A stretch of DNA of 64,000 bases, from contig CAWGMQ010000006.1 of assembly GCA_963823665.1 (NCBI GenBank), positions 1,568,001-1,632,000 of the forward strand, in the 5' to 3' direction. A program made the translations under genes and the position numbers. The DNA is from an uncultured Planctomycetota bacterium (GTDB lineage Bacteria; Planctomycetota; Planctomycetia; Isosphaerales; Isosphaeraceae). The notes under the pieces are model-generated. The model was not told the origin of the DNA, ran no database searches, and worked only from the letters and a program-made list of their open reading frames with translations. Shown here in pieces: positions 35,338 through 44,724 of the stretch (position 1 is the first letter of the stretch; each line of letters opens with the position of its first letter).

Positions 35338-38300
35338 ATGATTGGCAATCGCGGAAACCGGAGTCGAATCGAATTCAGGGCTCGCCGTTTGCGGCGTCGG
35401 CCCACGTGTGAGCTGATGGAGCGCCGTCTGGTTCTGTCGAGTTTCGTTGTCACCAGCACGGCGGACAGCACCGCGGCGAACACGCTGCGCTGGGCGATAC
35501 AGGAGGTCGATGCCGGGACGGGCCCGGGGTCGATCAGTTTCGATATTCCCGGCAACGGGGTGCAGGTGATCGCGCTCGAGCAGCCGCTGCCTGCGATCAC
35601 GAATCCGGTTGTGATCGATGGGACCACGCAGCCGAAGTATTCAGGCTCGCCGCTGATCCAGGTCGACGGCTCGGGGCTGCACACACCGGACAACGACGGC
35701 CTGGTTCTCTCGGCACCCGCGAGCACGATCGAGGGGCTTTCGATCGTCGGTTTTTCCGCCGGGTCGGGAATTCTGCTGAACGCGGCGGCGAATGGGACCC
35801 AGGTGCTGGCGAGCTACGTCGGCTTCTCGGCCGCCGCGGGACAGGCCAGTCCCAATCGCACCGGCATCTCGATTCTTGGCGCGTCGAACAACACGATCGG
35901 AGGCACGAGTGCGGGCTCGGGCAACGTGATCTCGGGGAACGATGGCGACGGGGTGCTGATCAATGCGGGTAGCGGGGTCGCCAGCAATAACGAGATCATC
36001 GGCAATCTGATCGGCACGAATCCGGCCGGCACCGTTGCCGTCGAAAACGGCGGTAGCGGCATCGACTTGATTGCGGCGATGGGAACGGGAATCGGACAGC
36101 CGGTGACGGGAGCGGGCAATGTGATTTCGGGCAACGGCGGCTGCGGGATCGAGTTGTTTGCGGGTGCCACGGGGACGATCATCCAGAACAACGAGATCGG
36201 ATTGGCGCTCGATGCGAGCTCGGCGCTCGGGAATGGCGGTGACGGCATCTACCTGAGCGACTCACCTTGGAATCAAATCGGCGGCACCGACAAGTTTGAC
36301 GGCAACCTGATCGGGTCCAATCACGGCAACGGCATCAATGCGCAGGGCAACTCTTCGAACACGCTGGTGGAAGGGAATTGCGTCGGCACCGATATCACGG
36401 CGACGCTCAACCGGGGCAATGAAAGCAACGGCATCGAGCTCGCATCGTCCTCGAACACAATCGGCGGCACGATCGGGGGTGCGGGCAACACGATTGACTT
36501 CAACGGTGCGGGGCAGTCGGGATCTGGCGTTCAACTCGTCGGCAGTCCCACGTTCGACCAGATCCTCTCCAACTCGATTTACGAGAATGCCGTCCTGGGC
36601 ATCAATCTGGGCAACGGCCCGACGCCGAACCACCAGCCGGGGACTTCGGGGCCCAACAATTACCAGAACTACCCGGTTCTGCAAGCAGCACAGAGCGATG
36701 GCACGCTGACGACCGTCCAGGGCAAGCTGAACGCCTTACCCAGCACGAACTACTTGATTCAGTTCTACTGCAGCGCAACGAGCTCCGCGTCGGGGTTCGG
36801 GCAGGGTCAGACGCTCATCGGTTCGGAGCTTGTACCAACTGATGGGAGTGGTTTGGCGACCGTCGTTTACCCATTGTCGGTGGCCACCACGCCGGGCCAG
36901 TGGATCTCGGCCACGGCGACTGATCCGGCCGGCGATACATCGGAATTCGCGCTCGACCAGGAGATCCAGGGCCAGATCAATCTGATCGTTACGGGCACGG
37001 CGGCTCCCTCGCCGGTTGCGATCGGCGGGCAAATCACGTATACGCTCACCGTGCAGAACGCGGGGACGATTTCCGCTACTGATGTGACCCTCGAGAACCA
37101 GCTTCCGGGCGGCGTCACATTGGTTTCCGCGATCGCGAGTCAGGGATACGTTCAACCGGCGGTTTCCAGCTCACAGATCGCCAATTTGCAGACGATCGCT
37201 GCCGGTGGCACGGCGACGCTGACAATCGTCTGCCAGACGAGCACGAACACGCAACTCGGCAAACTGGTCGACACGGCAAGCGTGACAAGTGACCAGACCG
37301 ACCCAACGCCTGCGGATGAATTCGTCTCGATCAGCGACATAGTTGCCACAACGGCTGATCTCTCTCTCCGGCTCACGGCTGATACGAGCTCGGTGCTCGT
37401 GGGGTCAAACGTGACTTACACGATCACTGCAACCAACGGCGGTCCGCAGAGTGCGAGCAACGTCAGCGTGACTCTGCCGATCGTCTCCGGCGAGGCATTC
37501 GTCTCCTCGACTTCGGCAAATTCGTCGATCGTGAATGGTCAGGTTGTGGTCAATCTGGGCGACGTTGTCGGTGACGTCAAGCGCGAGCGTGCAGGTGGTT
37601 GTCCAGGCCGTCACGGCCGGTACGTTGAGCGAAACCGCGACGGTCACGAGTGATAGTATCGACACCAATCCGTCCAATAACACGTCCACGGTGAACATCC
37701 AGGTCAACCCCGCCGCCCTTTTGCAAGTGGCGGTGGCGGCATCGCAGTCTCCCGTCGTTCTCGGCAGCGACTTCGAGTACATCGTGAACGTGACCAACGC
37801 GGGTCCCAGCGTTGCCACCGGGGTCATCTTGAGCGACACGCTGCCTGCGGAAGTCGAGTTCGTTTCGGCAAGCGATGATCAGAATGTGGCGGCAGCTTTT
37901 TCTGGCGGAGTCGTGACGTTGTCGCTCGCAACGCTGCAAGTGGGCGCGACTGCGACATTGAGCATCGAGGTTACTCCTGGAGGTGTGCCGGGGTCGAGCT
38001 TGACTGATTCGGCCTCTGTCATCGAGCAAGTGGCCGACCCTGACCCGTCCGACGGGACCGCCACGCTGGTGACGCCGGTGGTCGGTGTGAGCGATCTGGC
38101 GATCACGGCCACCGGTCAGCAGTCTTCGGTATACGTCGGTCAGAACATCGAATACCTGCTGCACGTTTCCAACGAAGGGCCGGACGACGAGCCCGATGCG
38201 GTCGTGACGTGGGTCGTGCCTGCCGACGCGACCTTCGTCTTGGCCGATTGCCCCCAGGGGAGTGGAACGACCGTCACTCAAACAATGGTAAGCGTGGATG

Positions 38301-40222
38301 TTGGTCCGGTCGGCTCAGGCGATGCCGTTGACCTCTCTTTTGTGGTCAATCCCCTAGCCGGTGCCGCCGGACAGTTCACGACGACGTTCGCGGTGCAGGG
38401 AGAGAATGTCGATCCCGTTTCTTCGAACAACACCGCGTCCGCAACGGTGCAGGTGACACCCTCGGCCGATCTCGCGGTCACGATCAATCCCGGCCGGGAT
38501 GGTCCGTTCGACGATTCGAGCTGGAGTTACACGGAGTTAATCCAGAACCTGGGGCCGTCGGACGCCACGGGCGTGGTCCTGACGTCGCCGTTGCCCGCCA
38601 ACATCTCGTTGATTTCGACAACGCCGAGCCAGGGAGCTGCGGTGAGCGTGCAGGCCGGGGTTGCGTCCGCGTCGCTGGGGGCGATTGCGGCCGGCCAGTC
38701 GGCGACGGTCACGTTTGTTGTGGAGCCGACCTCGGTCGCCCCGATCAACTTGTCGGCGTCAGTCGCCGGTGACCAGTACGACCCCTCGCTCGGCGACAAC
38801 AGTGCGGATTACACGGTTTCGACTGCACCTTCAGACGAATTGCTGATGAGCGTGGTTTCGCAATCCAGCACCGTCACAAGCGGCCAGAGCTGGAGCTTCA
38901 CTGCGTGGGTGCAGAACGCGGGGCCGGATCCGGCGACGAACGTGGTGATGACGATTCCGCTCGCCGGCGGTCTGGTGTTCGGCTCGACGGTGCCGAGTCA
39001 GGGGACGAGCAGCGTGAGCGGAACGGCTGTCGTCGCACAGCTCGGTGAAATCGAGCCCGGTTCGTCTGCGTCGGTGCAGGTCGTTGTGACGGCGACTGCG
39101 GTCGGCGCCATCACCCAATCCGCATCGGTCAGCTCGGCGGAGAACTCGCTCAACGTCAATGGACTCGAGGGCGGCATTGAAGTCAATGTCCTCGCATCGC
39201 CGGGGATCTTGCAGTTTGCCGCGGCGTCGTACTCGGTCACCGAGGATGCCGGCTTCGCCCAGCTTGTCGTGACCCGCACCGGCGGAGCGCGCGGAGCGGT
39301 GACGGTCGGCTATCAGACGGTCTCCGCCGGCGCGACTCCAGGGCTCGACTACGTAAGCACCTCGGGCACGCTTTCCTTCGCCGCAGGAGCGACTTCGGCG
39401 ACGATCACTGTTCCCGTGCTGGCCGATCCTTGGGACAACCAGAACGAATATGTGAGATTATTGCTCAGTTCTCCATCGGGAGGTGCGACCATCGGGTCGC
39501 AGGGAACGACGCTTCTGCAAATCGTCGATGTCGACCCCAATTACACGCCGCCCGAAGTGCAAAGCCTGACCTGGGGGGGGACGTCGCGCTCGATCACCAG
39601 TTTGACGGTCAGCTTCAGCGAGCCGCTCAACCCGCAGTATGCGATGATCCCGGGCGACTACGAGCTCGTCGCGCCCGGACTGGGCAACATGGCGGTTCCT
39701 CTGACGCCACAATCCTACGACGGCTCGACATTCTCGGTGACGCTGGTTCCTTCGGTCGCGCTTCCGTCAGGGCAGTTCTATTACATTCAGATCGTCGGCT
39801 CGGGCCCGAACGCGATCCGGGACATCGGCGGCAACTTGCTCGACGGTGCCGGCAACGGGAATCCTGGCTCCAATTATCAGGCGAGCTTCGCGCAGGGTAC
39901 TCAGCTCAAGTATGTCGACGGGTCGGGCAACAAGGTCTCACTCAAACTGACCGGCTCCGGATATATGGAGCAGGTGCGTGACGCCGCGGGCGATGGAGTG
40001 GTGCTCGACCTCGTGGGAGTGAAGGCGCACCACGCGACGCTCTCCGGCACGGTGAACGGGCCGGTCTCCCGCGCAGCGCGAAAGGCCAAGGCGGCGCATG
40101 CAACGGAGCTTGGCACGATCGAGGGACTGGGCAACTTCGGCGACGTCAATGTCCTGCTTAAATCGCCGCCGTTCTACGTCAAGTCCTATCCATTCCAGCG
40201 TCGTGGCAAGGGGGTTCTCTGA
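35338..40222 (+). CDS. Large secreted protein: parallel beta-helix, multiple DUF11 repeats, Calx-beta (frameshift ~37560)
   Basis: ELMERRLVLS leader; GNVISGN repeats; DL.....TY.I...N.GP..A repeats; LQFAAASYSVTE...VTRTGG. Confidence 0.88.
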
Positions 40223-40353
40223 GTAACCGAAGGGGCCGGCTCCAGTGCTCAGCACGGTACGTTGCCGGTGAGCCCGGGGTTCGTTCGGCGAGGGCTGCGG
40301 CGATCCAGGAGTTGACGGCCGATCAGCGGTCGGGCTAGAATAGACGCCCGAAG

Positions 40354-40659
40354 GTGCAGTGGCTTGAGGTGAACGGTCCGGACACTTCGGAGAACGCTGC
40401 GGCGATGAATCGCAGAGTGAGTCGGGTATTCCTGGGTATCGCGCTCGCAATTCTCGTGGGCGCCAGCGGTGTGAGCGAGGTCCGGGCTTGCCCCAACTGC
40501 AAGGAGGCGGTCAATTCGTCGGAAGGTGAGGTTTCGAGTGCGGCGATGGGATATAACTGGAGCATCGCCTTGATGCTGGCCGTTCCGTTCTCGATGCTGG
40601 GAACGGGCATGTTAGTTATCCGCCGCGCCGTGAAGCGGGGCGTGCTGCCGGAGATGTGA
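40354..40659 (+). CDS. Small membrane protein with ACPNCK motif
   Basis: Signal-like N-terminus, CxxC and one TM helix; similar small genes accompany oxidase clusters (from recall). Confidence 0.65.
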   Translation: MQWLEVNGPDTSENAAAMNRRVSRVFLGIALAILVGASGVSEVRACPNCKEAVNSSEGEVSSAAMGYNWSIALMLAVPFSMLGTGMLVIRRAVKRGVLPEM

Positions 40660-40723
40660 CCGCCGGTCTCGCGGCTCCAAGTGGAATATGTTATCCGCGT
40701 GCGGGTTGTCTGTCGTGGTTCGC

Positions 40724-41709
40724 TCAGCGAAGAGCTTGGGCGGCTTCTCGCAGGCGGGCTGCCGGGGTGTTGGCAGCAAGGTCGTCGATCATCTCGATCG
40801 TGGCCTGCTCGATGGCGGCCTGCCAGCGGTCGCTGAAGCGGTTGCGGAACGCCGCACGTTGGTATGCGAACGTGATGCCGCGCGAATTATTGACGATCGC
40901 TCCCAATCCGTCGGAATCGAATGCACCGGCGACGTCGCGCCCGTTGCGCCCTGGCTGCCGTAGCCGGGAACGAGGATTGGCACGCCGGGAAGTGCGCCAC
41001 GGAGCTCAGCGAGCTGGTCGGGGTACGTCGCGCCGACGACGGCCCCTACGAGGCTGTAGCCGCATTCACCGCGGTGCGGGAGAGCCCACTGTAACAGGCG
41101 GTCGGCCACATGCCGGTAGAGCGGCTTTCCTTCCGAGACGAGATCCTGGAATTCACCAGCGGAGCTGTTGCTGGTGCGTACCAGAACAAAGACGCCCTTC
41201 TTCTCGCGGGCGGCGACTTTGATGAATGGCGAGACTCCGTCGCTGCCCAAGTAGGGGTTGACGGTCAGCGCGTCGGCATGCCACGTACTTTCGAACGCTG
41301 CTCCAATGGGGACTTTGCCAAGGTAGCCTCGAGCATACGCCTCGGCGGTCGAGCCAATGTCGTTTCGTTTGCCGTCGATGATCACGGCCAAGCCATGCTC
41401 GCGCGCGTAGGCCGCACAGGAATTCAAGGCGGCGAGGCCATGCGGGCCGTAGGCTTCATAAAACGCAGATTGAAACTTCACGGCTGGAACAATGGGTGCG
41501 ATGACGTCGATCACGTCGCAGCCAAAACGGCAGAGTGCCTGTGGAACCCCTTCACAATCGGCCGCGAATCGTTCCAGGAAACCAGCCGGAAGTTCATCGG
41601 GGCGCGGGTCGATACCAACGCAGACCGGGTTACCGGCTCGTTGCATCGCCGCGAATAGACGGTCGACGAAGTGCACGAGTCGTTGCTCCACTTGGGGTTG
41701 GGTTGACAC
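40724..41709 (-). CDS. pyrF: Orotidine-5'-phosphate decarboxylase (frameshift ~40940)
   Basis: CVGIDP, DGKRNDIGST, TVNPYLG, RTSN, GAVVGAT, LVPGYGSQG, then VNNSRGI in the next frame. Confidence 0.95.
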
Positions 41710-41788
41710 TTCCGGGTTTGATTCTACAATCTAACGGCCAACCAGGTATAGACTCAGCTTCAAGCTGTGCGCTATGCTGGGTGTACAT

Positions 41789-41864
41789 CGGGGCGTAGCG
41801 CAGCTTGGATTAGCGCGCTTGCTTGGGGTGCAAGAGGTCACCGGTTCAAATCCGGTCGCCCCGA
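41789..41864 (+). tRNA. tRNA-Pro (GGG)
   Basis: CGGGGCG/CGCCCCG acceptor stem, CTTGC-TTGGGGT-GCAAG anticodon arm, GGTTCAAATCC T-arm. Confidence 0.96.
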
Positions 41865-41866
41865 TT
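41823..41866 (+). repeat. attL core (3' half of tRNA-Pro)
   Basis: TTGGGGTGCAAGAGGTCACCGGTTCAAATCCGGTCGCCCCGATT, identical to 57042-57085. Confidence 0.95.
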
Positions 41867-41935
41867 AGTCGAAAAGCGTTACAGCTAAAGACTTACAGAA
41901 ACTCGACGCCGAGATCGCGGAAGCCAAATACCCTA

Positions 41936-41962
41936 AGTTACGGGGTAGTCTACCCCGTAACT
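41936..41962. promoter_or_regulatory. Perfect 13-1-13 palindrome, putative integrase arm or operator site
   Basis: AGTTACGGGGTAG-T-CTACCCCGTAACT; half-site recurs at 56947-56960 near attR. Confidence 0.55.
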
Positions 41963-41997
41963 CGAAATGCAACCATGCACTTTGGGGGTTTTGAGCC

Positions 41998-43215
41998 ATG
42001 CGACCGAAGAACATCATTCCCACCTACCGACTCCACCAGGCGACCGGGCAAGCTCGTTGCGTCGTCAACGGCAAGACTCACTACCTGGGACCGTACGAAA
42101 GCCCAGAATCCCGGCGCGAGTATGCACGCATCCTTACCGAGCTGGCGGCCGGTAACGGGGTAGTCGCTACCCCGATTCCGGCTCCGTCTGGTACCACGTC
42201 AACGCCCGCCACGTCTGTCTTCGTCTCTGAACTCATCTTAGCTTACAGACGGCATGCGGCGGAATATTACGTCAAGAATGGTCGCAAGACTTCCGAAGTC
42301 GCGATCGTGAAGATGGCAACTGACGTCGTCCACGAGTTGTACCAGCAAAGCCAGGTGACGGAGTTCGGCCCTCTGGCGCTCACGGCATGCCAGCAAAAAC
42401 TCATCGATCAAAAGCTTGCTCGCTCGAGCGTCAACAAGCTGGTGAATCGAATTCGCCTCATGTTCAAGTGGGGTGTCGCGCACCAGATGGTGCCAGAATC
42501 CGTTCATCGGGCGCTTGAGTGCGTCGAGGGGCTTCGCAAGGGACGGAGCAAGGCGACGGAATCGAGAAAGATTCGTCCGGTTCCCGACCAGATCGTAGGC
42601 AAGGCAAGCCCGTTCATGCCGCGGCAGGTGGCTGCGATGGTGCAGCTCCAATCCTTGACCGGGTGCAGGCCCGGCGAAATCGTCATCATCCGCGGGTGTG
42701 ACCTGAACATGAGTGGCAAAATCTGGGAGTACAAGCCGGCGGCATGGAAAACAGAACATCACGAAGACGTTGCCGAGCGAGTGATCTACATCGGCCCGAA
42801 AGCCCAGCGGGTTCTCAAACCGTGGCTCCGTCCCAATTTGAGCGACTACCTGTTCAGCCCGAAAGAAGCGCTTGCCGAGCTCAATGCTGAGCGGCGTGAA
42901 AGTCGCAAGACGCCCGTCTATCCCTCGCATCAAGCCCGCTACGAGCGCGAGAAGGCCCGCCGAGGCCGTCGACCAGATCACGACCACTACACCGTGGAAA
43001 ACTACCGCCAGGCAATCGAGCGCGCTTGCGAAAAGGCCAAGGTGCCAGCGTTCAAGCCGAATCAGTTGCGGCATAGCCTGGCAACCCGGCTCCGTCGAGA
43101 CTTTGGACTCGAGGCCACGGCGGCGGTGCTCGGACATGAGGAATTGGAAACCAGCCAGATTTACGCCGAGAAAGACGCGAAGCTGGCCAAGCAGGTGATG
43201 GGCAAGATCGGTTAA
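41998..43215 (+). CDS. Tyrosine integrase
   Basis: TGCRPGE, QLRH, LGH and IY catalytic motifs; adjacent to attL. Confidence 0.96.
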   Translation: MRPKNIIPTYRLHQATGQARCVVNGKTHYLGPYESPESRREYARILTELAAGNGVVATPIPAPSGTTSTPATSVFVSELILAYRRHAAEYYVKNGRKTSEVAIVKMATDVVHELYQQSQVTEFGPLALTACQQKLIDQKLARSSVNKLVNRIRLMFKWGVAHQMVPESVHRALECVEGLRKGRSKATESRKIRPVPDQIVGKASPFMPRQVAAMVQLQSLTGCRPGEIVIIRGCDLNMSGKIWEYKPAAWKTEHHEDVAERVIYIGPKAQRVLKPWLRPNLSDYLFSPKEALAELNAERRESRKTPVYPSHQARYEREKARRGRRPDHDHYTVENYRQAIERACEKAKVPAFKPNQLRHSLATRLRRDFGLEATAAVLGHEELETSQIYAEKDAKLAKQVMGKIG

Positions 43216-43317
43216 CATCAAGGCAGCGGGACGGCTCGAGCGATTGCAAGCGATCGAGCCAAGCGGTCTAGCCGGTGTGGCGTTCTCCCCTGTTCGCCAT
43301 GTCGGCTAGATCGGCCC

Positions 43318-43647
43318 GTGAAAACAGGGGTGCACGAGATGTCAGACAAGGATTTTCCACGGACCATTTCCGATATCCTGGCCATGCAGGAGGAAGCCGC
43401 CACTATCTGCCGCTTGATATCCGCTCAAATCGCAAATGAGCCCGCGGAATCTCCGAACGCGTCGCGCGATCGATACATCGTCAATGCGTACTTGGACGGC
43501 AAGTCATACGCAGACATTATTGAGGCCGTGAAACAAAAGCCACGGTGGTCAAGAATCAGTTCCGAGCCTGGCATCTTGCGCGTGATCAAGCGATATTGCA
43601 AAAAGAGGAACATAGACATAAAACTGCGCAATCAAAAGAAGAATTAG
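43318..43647 (+). CDS. Hypothetical, possible HTH regulator
   Basis: RDRYIVNAYLDGKSYADI..; basic C-terminus; lies between integrase and excisionase-like gene. Confidence 0.55.
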   Translation: MKTGVHEMSDKDFPRTISDILAMQEEAATICRLISAQIANEPAESPNASRDRYIVNAYLDGKSYADIIEAVKQKPRWSRISSEPGILRVIKRYCKKRNIDIKLRNQKKN

Positions 43648-43760
43648 CGCAATTTAGCGCCGTGCCAAACGTCGCGCTAAATCATGTCAATTGCAACTCA
43701 TCTCTTCATTTGTCATCTTGAATTCCAGTGGTACGGCACTCGTGCTAACTGGAGTTCAAA

Positions 43761-44110
43761 ATGTCCCGTCCGCGAATTCTTGACGAAGATCGATTGACGC
43801 TCGAAGAGGCCCGCGAACACTTCGGGACAAACGGAACGCCCGCTGATTTCACAACGGTCTATCGCGCCGTTGTCAAAGGCAGCGCTCTTCCAGACGGTGG
43901 TAGTCTGCACCTTGAGGCCATTCGGCTAGCAGGGCGATGGATCACGAGTAAGCAGGCGATTGAACGCTTTGTCGTCGCCTTGACCGAAGCATGGTCAGGC
44001 CGCGCACGAACGGGCCGAAGATCGCCACCAGGCGAGAGCGTAAACAGCTCTCCGACGCGGATGAAGCGCGGCTCGAGAGAGCAAATGCTGAACTGGCGGC
44101 GATGGCCTAA
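43761..44110 (+). CDS. DUF1580-like HTH protein, putative excisionase/AlpA equivalent (probable frameshift ~44020)
   Basis: LTLEEA...TVYR...G...LEAIRLAGRWITSKQAIERF; the alternative frame ends RLERANAELAAMA*. Confidence 0.75.
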
Positions 44111-44188
44111 CCGCGCAACGAAAACGGCCGGCCCGATGGTCAATCTTGCCGACCGTGTTCGTCATCTCATTCAGGAATACGGAACATC

Positions 44189-44503
44189 ATGAACGATACG
44201 CGACCAGATTCCGAGAAATCAAGATCCCTTACGGTGTCGCTTGCCGACCTGGCTGCGGAAATGACGCCGGAGCGCCGCGCACAACACGAAGGCGCTTATC
44301 GTCGGGGCGTTCATCAGGCTTTCGCGTTCGCAGCCGACGTCGCCTATCGAACGCGAGACGTGCGGGAGATTCGTCGCGTGTTGCGTCGGGCGGAGACGTT
44401 GGCGGGCGAGCTGAGATTCATCCGGAAGGATGAAGGTCGCGGCATGCTGCTGGATCACATCCGACAGCGGATCTACAGGCCGGCTCGGAAGGGGGCGAAA
44501 TGA
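44189..44503 (+). CDS. Hypothetical protein
   Basis: EGAYRRGVHQA motif; ATGA-coupled to the next ORF. Confidence 0.65.
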   Translation: MNDTRPDSEKSRSLTVSLADLAAEMTPERRAQHEGAYRRGVHQAFAFAADVAYRTRDVREIRRVLRRAETLAGELRFIRKDEGRGMLLDHIRQRIYRPARKGAK

Positions 44504-44724
44504 GGCCCCTATCCGGGCAGCAGAGTTTTCCGTTTGCTGCACCGACGCCCGCCGTCGCGGCCGCGGTGGTCGAAGATGGTCCACCGTGTTTGAAGTGCAA
44601 CCGGGCAACTGTCGTTTCCGGCGGCAAAGGCCCGCACTATAAGCGTGCCGATTGTCGCTCGTGTGGCGCGTGGTTCTGGATGCCAAAACCGAGGGCCGGC
44701 GGGCAAGGGGGCGCGTCGTCATGA
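44500..44724 (+). CDS. Small zinc-ribbon protein
   Basis: CLKC...GPH....CRSCG; ATGA overlaps on both sides. Confidence 0.7.
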   Translation: MRPLSGQQSFPFAAPTPAVAAAVVEDGPPCLKCNRATVVSGGKGPHYKRADCRSCGAWFWMPKPRAGGQGGASS

